Numbered from the stretch's first letter, positions 16,944 through 24,769 are shown. The stretch is 32,000 nt of DNA from Sporomusa silvacetica DSM 10669 (GCF_002257705.2 NZ_CP155573.1:5037814-5069813), one strand, 5' to 3'. The notes: generated by a model from the letters alone, not told the origin. Numbers and translations: made by a program.

Positions 16944-17049
16944 AAACATCCCTCCCTCTTTGCCATTAGCATGATACAAAATTACTATCTATATTCAGGT
17001 ATCAGGTTCTATTCCGCTATTTTCATTAGGCTGCATTTAGGTTTACAAA

Positions 17050-17100
17050 GATGAAATCGGCTTAATTCCTTGCGTAGCAAAGAATTAAGCCGATTTCATC
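17050..17100 (-). terminator. 19-bp perfect inverted repeat hairpin downstream of the 989-aa gene
   Basis: GATGAAATCGGCTTAATTC (17050-17068) and GAATTAAGCCGATTTCATC (17082-17100) flank a 13-nt loop. On the minus strand it is followed only by CUUUGU, a weak U-tract. Confidence 0.55.
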
Positions 17101-17128
17101 GTTAATAGCGCTAAAGTTAACAAACGCA

Positions 17129-20098
17129 TTATCGTGCTCTTCTCAGAGTGGTTTTGAAAGCAGTAGTTATATTACTATGTGCCTTGGGATTACGAGTACG
17201 CAACTTCTCCAGCCAGTATATCAGTTTGGTATGACTCTCTTGTTTTCCCGCCAGCCAAACCAGCAAACGGCTAAACCCAAACTCATATACATCAACTTTA
17301 ACATATACCGCCAAGAGCTTAAATAACGTGCGATCAGAATGATTGGCAATTACTTTTTCCACAGCTTCTTCGGCCAATATCTCGCGTACATAGCTATGCT
17401 CACTCAGCCTTAACATGGCATAAAACCAGGTAATACACTGTTCTTCGTCAGCTAAATAGCCATTTAGCAGCTGGACCTCTAGTTTTTTTAAAAACAGCCC
17501 CTGTAGATAAGCCGCTTGCACCTCTTTAAACCGCTGTTCACCTTCAAGCGAGTTAAGTACAAACTCCAGTTTTGGGCAAAATGCCTGTTGGTCAAAATTC
17601 CAAACGTGACAAACAATCTGATTATTAATAACATCGTACATCCAAATCTCACCAAAGCGCAGATAGCTATCTTGTTTACGCTGTGCATCGTACATTATTG
17701 TTTTATACTCTTCCAGATCACCAGTATACCATTCTTTAATCATCTCTTGAGCAATGCTTTTGGCGTCTTCATCTTCTATTTGGAAATAGCTCCTGAGCGC
17801 CAGTTCTTCCTGCTGGTTAGAGTAGCGAAAAACCGGCAAACTTTGTTCTGTACGCCTGAGGTTATCAACCAGTTGCTTACAGGTATCAATTAATTCATAC
17901 TGCGCATTTACGGCGATCACAACTGCTCCATTGCGGGGGGTGGCAGCAAACAGGCCGCTAAGAACTACTTTCCGCCCTTTATCAGTCAGTTCGTAGTTCT
18001 TAGCGCCACCAACCTCACATTCACTCAGCAAATGGCAGCGGACAAGTTCGCTAAGGTAATAGCTGACAGCGACCTCTTCCACTCGTAATAAACCAACAAT
18101 ACCTTGTTGACTACACAGCTCAGCCAGGCCGCAGGAAATACACTTCATAATAAACTCTTCGATGAGGTTATAGCGCCTGTATCCGTCAAGCCGAAACTCT
18201 ACTGCTATAACAGCAACAGGCAGTTGCCATTCTCGTGTCTCTAATACTACCATTCCGGCTTGCTCAGCGACTATACGCTGAGCGATATTCTCAATTTCTA
18301 AGGATTTTTTTCCTAAAAGCGTTTCCGCCGGGGTTACTCCACTTACTATGTCAGTCATGCCTACATTACATTCAGGCTGGTACTGAGCTTTCTGTATCCG
18401 GTTTATCCATTCCTCCGCCAGCAAAACCCTTATTTTGTTATCAGGGCTTACGCTCTCTGCCAAATGTGCTGTACTTGTTTTGATTCTTGAAGAAATGATA
18501 TCTTGCTCGCATACTAATTTCTCCAGTTTACCACAAGCTACCGTTATTACATCTTCCAATTCGGTCAGACGCTGGCGGCTTTCCTGCAATCTATTTGTAT
18601 TGTCTGTCCTTTGTTTCTCAATATTGTCAACTTGTCTTGAGAGATCTTCTAACCTATTTTGCTGTTCTCTCTGGCGGGGCACTACCATTATGTCGTTTTC
18701 CTGCAATAAACCCTGCCGCTCAGCAAGCGCAGACTTCTGCTGTTGCAACTTGTATTGAGCCTGCTCCAGCGTGTGCTCAATTTTTCCTAAACTTTGTTGC
18801 AACTCAAGCACATCATTAACGGGATTGGGGTCCATTTTCGCTTTAATGTCTTGTGTTTCCTTACGGGAGCTTAGCAGTTGTTTTGTTAAAGCCGCTAATT
18901 CCTCTTGGCACTGGTTATAGGCATGTTCTATTGAATGTCCGCAATCCAGAAGCTGCCGGTAGCAAGCCTCATAAATCCGTTGCGTTAGATGACGGCATTC
19001 CAGCAAAACCTTATCAATTTCGGCAATTGTTTGTTCACGAAGAACAGCGGGCGAATCTGCCCGTTCTTCCATCGACTTAGCCTTTATAAGCAAATCCAAT
19101 AACGTTTTTTTCCACTGCGTACACAGGCCGAGTTTAGCCAATATTCCCGGTGGCGTAACCCATAATAGGTCATTAATTTCTTGGCGTAAGTGACTGATAG
19201 TTTGATAATTAACCACCACATCCTGTGTGTCTGACTGAAGATCACTTGTCGTCAAACCATAGTCCTTCGCCGTATCATTTAGAACGTAAGATAATTCACG
19301 TAATTGGGTTATTTTTTCAAACGCCGTAGATTTAAGATCATATTGTCGTTGCTTAATGATATTGATTAGCTCCAACAAACGACTAATATCCTGATTCAAA
19401 AAGTGATTTATTGGCGCTTGTTCCTGACACGCCACCTGCTGCACGACAGCTACAAACTCAGTAAGGTCTTGGTTGTACTGTGCGACAGCAATAATTTGCT
19501 CCTCACGCTTACCACTTAATAATACATAAGCATCTTGTTTGTGCTCGATAAGCAGTGACAAGGCTTTAACCAGGTTTGTCTTTTCCGCTTCGATACGCTG
19601 CAACTCAAATTCCCGGGTAATTACAGTTGCTTGAAGCTTTTCATTTTGCTGTTCCAAGTCAGCCAGTTCGGATAAATAGGTTAACTGTACAGTCACGTCT
19701 TCCCTTTTCGCCAGGTTTTGGGCAATGACAGCTTCTGTCTCATATTGAGCCGCAAACAACCGGTCTTCTTCCTCATCAGCAGGCGCCGGCCTTCGCAGAC
19801 TAGTTTTCTGCTCGCTCACTATTTTCTGATACTCTGCTTGCAGAGCTTCATGCCGTGCTTTTAAAGCCTCACTGTCGCGCTGAATTTCATGCTCAAATTG
19901 AGCTAAATCCCGCCATTGTTCATCATAGCCGGTAATCTCATCTGCGCTAACAGTACATTCTGCTTGTATTTCATCCTGCCGTTTCGTGAGACTGGCTAGC
20001 TCCAGCCGCATGCTAGCGGTTTCTTCCTGTTTTTTTTGCAGCTCAAGCAAGTCCTGCTGGCACCAAATAGCTATTTGGCTTAGATTTAAGGGTGCCAT
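17129..20098 (-). CDS. Hypothetical 989-aa protein: long N-terminal coiled coil, central winged-helix-like module and an unassigned C-terminal domain
   Basis: Uninterrupted 2.97-kb ORF. The first ~560 aa are Q/E/L/K-rich and heptad-like. There is no Walker A motif, signal peptide or TM segment. I recognise no family. Confidence 0.7.
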   Translation of the reverse strand: MAPLNLSQIAIWCQQDLLELQKKQEETASMRLELASLTKRQDEIQAECTVSADEITGYDEQWRDLAQFEHEIQRDSEALKARHEALQAEYQKIVSEQKTSLRRPAPADEEEDRLFAAQYETEAVIAQNLAKREDVTVQLTYLSELADLEQQNEKLQATVITREFELQRIEAEKTNLVKALSLLIEHKQDAYVLLSGKREEQIIAVAQYNQDLTEFVAVVQQVACQEQAPINHFLNQDISRLLELINIIKQRQYDLKSTAFEKITQLRELSYVLNDTAKDYGLTTSDLQSDTQDVVVNYQTISHLRQEINDLLWVTPPGILAKLGLCTQWKKTLLDLLIKAKSMEERADSPAVLREQTIAEIDKVLLECRHLTQRIYEACYRQLLDCGHSIEHAYNQCQEELAALTKQLLSSRKETQDIKAKMDPNPVNDVLELQQSLGKIEHTLEQAQYKLQQQKSALAERQGLLQENDIMVVPRQREQQNRLEDLSRQVDNIEKQRTDNTNRLQESRQRLTELEDVITVACGKLEKLVCEQDIISSRIKTSTAHLAESVSPDNKIRVLLAEEWINRIQKAQYQPECNVGMTDIVSGVTPAETLLGKKSLEIENIAQRIVAEQAGMVVLETREWQLPVAVIAVEFRLDGYRRYNLIEEFIMKCISCGLAELCSQQGIVGLLRVEEVAVSYYLSELVRCHLLSECEVGGAKNYELTDKGRKVVLSGLFAATPRNGAVVIAVNAQYELIDTCKQLVDNLRRTEQSLPVFRYSNQQEELALRSYFQIEDEDAKSIAQEMIKEWYTGDLEEYKTIMYDAQRKQDSYLRFGEIWMYDVINNQIVCHVWNFDQQAFCPKLEFVLNSLEGEQRFKEVQAAYLQGLFLKKLEVQLLNGYLADEEQCITWFYAMLRLSEHSYVREILAEEAVEKVIANHSDRTLFKLLAVYVKVDVYEFGFSRLLVWLAGKQESHTKLIYWLEKLRTRNPKAHSNITTAFKTTLRRAR

Positions 20099-20115
20099 TC
20101 TATCTTTTTACTCAT
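20086..20115 (-). CDS. 9-codon leader mini-ORF (MSKKIEWHP) overlapping the start of the 989-aa ORF
   Basis: GGAGG at 20127-20123 is 7 nt from ATG 20115-20113, and the stop TAA is at 20088-20086. The ATG of the large ORF (20098-20096) lies inside it in another frame and has no SD of its own. Confidence 0.25.
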   Translation of the reverse strand: MSKKIEWHP

Positions 20116-20188
20116 GTAACTGCCTCCAGTAAAACATCTCTTACTATGTATATATTTTACACAAAGCTACAGGCTTCTCCTTCCAAGG

Positions 20189-20237
20189 CTGCTTAAAATA
20201 AGATAAGACTAAGGCTTCTGCCAAGTCCTTTAGGACG
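20189..20237. repeat. Copy B of the ~49-bp direct repeat (partner at 14757-14804)
   Basis: CTGCTTAAAATAAGATAAGACTAAGGCTTCTGCCAAGTCCTTTAGGACG; see copy A. Confidence 0.75.
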
Positions 20238-20249
20238 CCGGCAGAAGCC
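20213..20249 (-). terminator. Terminator-like hairpin overlapping repeat copy B
   Basis: GGCTTCTGCC (20213-20222) pairs perfectly with GGCAGAAGCC (20240-20249) and encloses the mini-hairpin GTCC-TTTA-GGAC. On the minus strand it is followed by UUAGUCUUAUCUUAUUUU. Confidence 0.45.
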
Positions 20250-20310
20250 GCCTGTGCCCTTTAGGGGTATAGTCGTTCAATCCATGGAGAGTTAACCTTT
20301 CCATCTGGAC

Positions 20311-20340
20311 AAAAAAAATTCTAGATTATCTAGAATTTTT
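20311..20340 (-). terminator. Rho-independent terminator after the TGA-containing small gene
   Basis: AATTCTAGA-TTA-TCTAGAATT is a perfect 9-bp stem flanked by A8 and T5. On the minus strand the hairpin is followed by U8. It starts 10 nt after the TAA at 20353-20351. Confidence 0.75.
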
Positions 20341-20350
20341 CGATTCCCTA

Positions 20351-20647
20351 TTAGCCCACAACAGCAACCAACCTTTTATAGAATAGCAGCTTTGCTAATT
20401 TTACAATAACAGTTTGAAAGTTAGCTGGCACGTTGTCAGCATAAAAGATAGTTATATCATCTACCGTCAACTTATAGTAAATTTGAATTTTTTCCGGATC
20501 TATTCCCAGTCGCACGGACGGGAGTTTGGCCTCTTGGCCACCTCCTCAGCAACTGCCAGGACGCCTGGCAACAGTAAGAGTAATAGCCTTATCCTTATTT
20601 TTTTTCATTATATAATCGCGGGCTGCTGGCTCAATAATTATATTCAC
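20351..20647 (-). CDS. Probable small selenoprotein (98 aa, Sec at residue 34 in a G-S-C-U-G-G-G loop), HesB/IscA-like; absent from the ORF track because of the in-frame TGA
   Basis: Hand translation gives (GTG)MNIIIEPAARDYIMKKNKDKAITLTVARRPGSC-TGA-GGGQEAKLPSVRLGIDPEKIQIYYKLTVDDITIFYADNVPANFQTVIVKLAKLLFYKRLVAVVG-TAA. The only stop in 99 codons is TGA 20548-20546. The GTG start overlaps the tatA stop (GTGA), with AAGGTGG 10 nt upstream; the alternative start is ATG 20608. Stem-loops follow the TGA, and a strong terminator follows the TAA. Confidence 0.6.
20505..20545 (-). promoter_or_regulatory. Candidate SECIS region (two stem-loops immediately 3' of the in-frame UGA)
   Basis: Hairpin 1 is GGAG-GU-GGCC AAGA GGCC-AAA-CUCC (20545-20521). 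Hairpin 2 is CCCGUC CGUGC GAC(U)GGG (20522-20505), with a GU-containing loop about 30 nt from the UGA and a bulged U. Folded by eye only. Confidence 0.35.
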
Positions 20648-20850
20648 TTTGTTTGTTCCACCTTCTTTTCTACCGGCTCAGCCTTGATAGTGATCGTTTC
20701 GTCCTTCGCCCCCTCACCGGAAAGGGCCCGCCGAAGCTCCGTCATCCCTTTACCAAGAGCCTTACCTGCTTCTGGTAACTTACCTGGTCCAAATACAAGC
20801 AGAGCAATAACTAGTATTACGCTTAGTTCAGGCATACTTAGATTAAACAT
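20644..20850 (-). CDS. tatA: Twin-arginine translocase subunit TatA/E
   Basis: 68-aa ORF. MFNLSMPELSVILVIALLVFGPGKLPEAGKALGKGM is the canonical TatA TM helix, FGP hinge and amphipathic helix. Confidence 0.85.
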   Translation of the reverse strand: MFNLSMPELSVILVIALLVFGPGKLPEAGKALGKGMTELRRALSGEGAKDETITIKAEPVEKKVEQTK

Positions 20851-21237
20851 AGTTCCACATCCCTTTTATTATTTCTTACCAGTCAGGTCCTATTATGAAC
20901 TGTGTATTCAAACAATGGGATAATCAACCGTAAGCTCTGCAGCTACCTTTCCATTAAGCCGGTCTTCCACATTTTGAATTATACAAAACGCTTCATTGCA
21001 GGGTGCATTTTTTTAAAATAAATTCATAGAGTACTTCCTCTCTCACTATCCTAAGCATGCGCGGCAATAACAAAATTTATAAGATTTGAAATGCAAATTA
21101 ATTAACGCCTACACCTCTCTGCAAATATTAACTATTACTATTATATTATTCCTATCAAAACATGAAATTCCTGCTATGATGTGCGAGATTCGGCAAAAAA
21201 TTTCACCCGTGACTTGTTCACACATAAACAATCCTTT

Positions 21238-21999
21238 TTAGGATTGTCCTACCGGACAAAGCTTTAAGCAGTTAAAACACATATACTGATTTCCTAAATA
21301 AGCTGCTTGTCTCAACCGGGCATATTGCTCACTCATAAGCAGCTTTTTTTGTTCTTCCGGCGAACTACCTAACCGCTGCAGCTGAAAACCAATATCAGCG
21401 CCCAAACCATAGGGCTGTGAATGACCTAAGCATTTCATTACATCGGTTTTCCCTTCGTCATCCAACGCTCTTGCCGGGCAATTTTCCACACAAAGATTAC
21501 AATGAATACAAAAATCTTGTTCACATTTTGGCGATGGTTGCAAGGGAAGATTCGTAATAATACTCGTATAGTGAACCCGTGTCCCAAACCGGGGATGAAT
21601 AACAAGATTATGGCGACCAAACGTTCCTAAGCCAGCGGCAACGGCTGCATGACGCTGGGAAAAATCTGCTATCGCCGGCCTGTCACTATGAATTTCGAAG
21701 GGGTAGGATATGGGTATCGTAGCAACCTGCGCACCGTATTTACGCTCCAAAAAACGGGCAATCTGGTAACTCGAGAACCTTGAAAATGAACCCAAATCTA
21801 AATAGCCATTCAAGGCAGCACTCATACTTGGGCTTTCGCAGCTTGACAAAACTTTAAATGCCAACACAATAAGGGATTTTGCAGCAGGCAGAAATTTTGT
21901 GATTTCGTAGGACTTGGGGCTGTGATAATCCTCGACACAGGCGAAACCAACGTCATCTACTCCTAACTCCAGAATATAATTTTTGATTTGTTTCTCCAT
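21238..21999 (-). CDS. 4Fe-4S cluster protein of the epoxyqueuosine reductase (QueG) / reductive-dehalogenase-like class, short form
   Basis: 253-aa ORF with CIHCNLCVENCP plus a second cluster CFNCLKLCP. The N-terminal VGFA...AKSLIVLAF resembles the QueG DUF1730 region. It is shorter than canonical QueG, so the function is uncertain. Confidence 0.5.
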   Translation of the reverse strand: MEKQIKNYILELGVDDVGFACVEDYHSPKSYEITKFLPAAKSLIVLAFKVLSSCESPSMSAALNGYLDLGSFSRFSSYQIARFLERKYGAQVATIPISYPFEIHSDRPAIADFSQRHAAVAAGLGTFGRHNLVIHPRFGTRVHYTSIITNLPLQPSPKCEQDFCIHCNLCVENCPARALDDEGKTDVMKCLGHSQPYGLGADIGFQLQRLGSSPEEQKKLLMSEQYARLRQAAYLGNQYMCFNCLKLCPVGQS

Positions 22000-22052
22000 T
22001 ACATTTCACTCCTTATTAATTTTATGTGTACATACACCAATATCGCGAAAAT

Positions 22053-22496
22053 TTATGGTACTAGCGCTTCTAGTTTTGAAATCAAATAGTTAAACTGTTC
22101 TACCTCTGTATCTCCCAAATATTCCTGCAGTGATGCCTGCGCTTCGTCCCATAATGTCGTCGCGGTACTTAATGCAGATTTTCCAGCCTCGGTAAGCATT
22201 ACTTGCCTCGAACGAGGGTCCTCGCCAATATTGATTTTTATGAAACCCATTTCACTGAGCGGCTTCATATTGCGGTTCAGAGTAGTTCTGTCAATGCGCA
22301 TAAATTTAGCCAGTTCACTGATTGTAACCGGCTCTACCTGCTCAAGATGCCTCAATAGCGAATACTGTGTAATTTTAATTCCGCTTGGTGCCAAAACCTT
22401 TTCATATAATTCGGTCACCGCCCGTGAAGCCCGCCGTATATTAAGACATAGGCACGGGCTGGGAATCTTAGGATAGCATCCAGCAATATGTTTCAT
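22053..22496 (-). CDS. MarR-family transcriptional regulator
   Basis: The ORF-track frame extends to 22649, but AAGGTG plus 8 nt precedes ATG 22496 (MKHIAG...). The winged-helix core is ITQYSLLRHLEQVEPVTISELAKFMRIDRTTLNRNMKPLSEMGFI. It lies 53 nt upstream of the QueG-like gene. Confidence 0.85.
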   Translation of the reverse strand: MKHIAGCYPKIPSPCLCLNIRRASRAVTELYEKVLAPSGIKITQYSLLRHLEQVEPVTISELAKFMRIDRTTLNRNMKPLSEMGFIKINIGEDPRSRQVMLTEAGKSALSTATTLWDEAQASLQEYLGDTEVEQFNYLISKLEALVP

Positions 22497-22773
22497 TGCA
22501 CTAACACCTTTCAAATGTCGCGAGTTAAGTGTATACACACATATATTATTACTTATTATAGTATAACCTAATACCTGTTGTGTCAATACTTCCATCCAGC
22601 GCTTTGGGGACCAGTCGATAATATATTGTACAATAAATTTATGATGCACAGCAAAAAATTCCGGAGGTACTTTGGCATCAATTGTAAAATATTACTATAT
22701 CTCCTATTCACGCGAATTTTTTACTATTTCAATTACCCAATTATTCAAATATACACAAAATGGAGGATACTTT

Positions 22774-24750
22774 ATGAACATCAGAAAAAAGCTAACCTTA
22801 TTACTATTGCTAGCCAGTGCATTACCACTACTTATTTTTATCGGTATTAACTTGAACAATTCTATACAACTTGCGCAAGTAACAGCTATGTCGGAGAATT
22901 CAAAACGAGCGGAAATTGTTCAAGAGAAAGTAAATAGCTTTATTGATAAAAATATGTATGGTGTGAAAGTACTGGCGACAAATCCTACTATTAGTTCCTA
23001 CGCTGCTCATGACCCTAAAGAGATTAAGTCTATTATTGTTGATGCCGCAAAGATATACACAGATTTTAATCCTATGGTCGTTACTAATTCTACCGGAACG
23101 CAAGTCGCAAGGATTGATAATGCACCACTGACAAATGTCGCCGACCGTAATTTTTTCAAATTGGCCATGCAGGGACAAGCAGAAGTAATCTCAGAAATTC
23201 TTGTCAGTAAAGACAATGGGCACCTTATCGCTGTACTGGCTGCGCCAATAAAAGATGCCGTGAGTGGTAATGTAACAGGTGTTATCCAAGGAACAGTTGA
23301 ACTTTCCGTGCTAAATGAATTTGTAAAGAGTCTATCTAGTGATACTGTTACTGTCTATATCCTGGATCGGGATGGAAAACTCCTGGCTCATCCCACGAAA
23401 AATCTTCAGAAACCGGAAGAACGTATTGACTTAACCAATTACAGCTTTGTAAAGAATGGTTTGTCAGGACAGAGTGGCGCTGAAGAAGTTATCATGGATG
23501 AGAAAAAGATGCTGGTAAGCTATATTAAAGATGAAAAATCAGGTTGGCTGATCTGTACAGAAGTTCCTGACAGTGTTGTGAGTGCTCACAGCCTAACAGC
23601 GGCTACGAAACAATCTCTTGTTGGTTTGATTTTGATCATACTAACAGGTGCAGCAGCTTATGTACTTTCTACTATCGCCACAAAGCCAATTCTCTCCCTA
23701 GTATCTGCTGCCAATCGTATTGCCGAAGGTGATTTAACAGTTAAAAAGCTGACAGTAACATCAACAGATGAACTAGGTTTATTGGCGGAAGCTTTCAATA
23801 CTATGGTTATTAACCTAACTCAGCTCATCCGTAAGATACAGGGAAATGCTGAACTGGTTGCAGCTTCCTCGGAACAACTCAATGCAAGTTCTGAACAATC
23901 CGCGCAAGCTGCTAATCAAGTAGCTGCATCCATAACTGAAGTAGCGCAAGGCGCAGATAAACAGCGGGTTGTAGTTGATTCAGCTTCTACCATAGTGACA
24001 CAAATGTCTGCGAATATTAGTCTTGTAGCTGCTAATGCTAATGCAGTTTCAGAGCAGTCAGCACTAACCGCGGAAACTGCCCAAGAGGGTGGCAAGGCAA
24101 TACAAAATGCTGTCAAACATATGTCTGAGCTTGAAACAACTGTAAACTCGTCCGCAAAGGTAGTAATTGAACTGGGAGAACGTTCTAAGGAAATTGGGCA
24201 GATTGTAAATACGATTTCCGGTATAGCCGGTCAAACCAATCTACTCGCTCTGAACGCCGCTATTGAAGCTGCACGGGCTGGCGAACAAGGCCGTGGTTTC
24301 GCTGTTGTTGCTGAAGAAGTCCGGAAGTTGGCTGAACAGTCCCAAGTTGCTGCAAAACAGATTGAAGATCTGATTAGAGCCATTCAAAACGAGACCGATA
24401 AAGCAGTGCAGGCTATGGATGACGGCACTAGTAAGGCTAAAATTGGTACAAGCGTAGTAAATGAAGCAGGTATTGCGTTCCAAAAGATAGTTGGCATGAT
24501 TGCCGAACTTTCACATCAAGTCAGTGAAATATCAGTTGCTATTCAAAATACTGAGAACGGTAGCCAGCAAATTGTGTCGGCAGTCAGAAATATCGCAGCT
24601 TTGACAAACGCAGTAACCGGTGAAACACAAACAGTATCTGCAGCTACTGAGGAACAATCAGCAGCCATGCAGGAAATTGCTTCTTCAAGCCAAAGCCTTA
24701 GCAAAATGGCTTCAGAACTGCAAGAAGCCATTGATAAATTTCATACCTAA
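22774..24750 (+). CDS. Methyl-accepting chemotaxis protein (dCache-type periplasmic sensor, HAMP, MA signalling domain)
   Basis: The ORF-track frame starts at 22672, but GGAGGA plus 6 nt precedes ATG 22774 ([22 protein letters not shown]1). TM2 is near [17 protein letters not shown], and the HAMP region is [17 protein letters not shown]. The highly conserved MCP hairpin is [37 protein letters not shown]. Confidence 0.9.
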   Translation: MNIRKKLTLLLLLASALPLLIFIGINLNNSIQLAQVTAMSENSKRAEIVQEKVNSFIDKNMYGVKVLATNPTISSYAAHDPKEIKSIIVDAAKIYTDFNPMVVTNSTGTQVARIDNAPLTNVADRNFFKLAMQGQAEVISEILVSKDNGHLIAVLAAPIKDAVSGNVTGVIQGTVELSVLNEFVKSLSSDTVTVYILDRDGKLLAHPTKNLQKPEERIDLTNYSFVKNGLSGQSGAEEVIMDEKKMLVSYIKDEKSGWLICTEVPDSVVSAHSLTAATKQSLVGLILIILTGAAAYVLSTIATKPILSLVSAANRIAEGDLTVKKLTVTSTDELGLLAEAFNTMVINLTQLIRKIQGNAELVAASSEQLNASSEQSAQAANQVAASITEVAQGADKQRVVVDSASTIVTQMSANISLVAANANAVSEQSALTAETAQEGGKAIQNAVKHMSELETTVNSSAKVVIELGERSKEIGQIVNTISGIAGQTNLLALNAAIEAARAGEQGRGFAVVAEEVRKLAEQSQVAAKQIEDLIRAIQNETDKAVQAMDDGTSKAKIGTSVVNEAGIAFQKIVGMIAELSHQVSEISVAIQNTENGSQQIVSAVRNIAALTNAVTGETQTVSAATEEQSAAMQEIASSSQSLSKMASELQEAIDKFHT

Positions 24751-24769
24751 GCAAAACAAACAAATAACC

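Noticed and set aside
20521-20545. GGAGGTGGCCAAGAGGCCAAACTCC (minus-strand reading) looked at first like the acceptor/D-arm of a tRNA (Ser/Leu/Sec type)
   Set aside because: No T-arm (GGTTCGAATCC-like) or anticodon stem follows, and the segment lies in frame inside a coding sequence. I interpret it instead as a post-UGA stem-loop.
20414-20923. 169-aa plus-strand ORF from the ORF track
   Set aside because: It runs antisense, in the same codon register, to tatA and to the TGA-containing small gene. It has a TTG start with no SD, a low-complexity translation and no recognisable motif. It is the shadow of the two minus-strand genes.
21227-21247. Hairpin ACAATCC-TTTTT-AGGATTGT overlapping the stop codon of the QueG-like gene, as a possible terminator
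   Set aside because: It is only a 7-8 bp AT-rich stem with no U-tract on the minus strand (followed by UUAUGUGUG). That is too weak to call.
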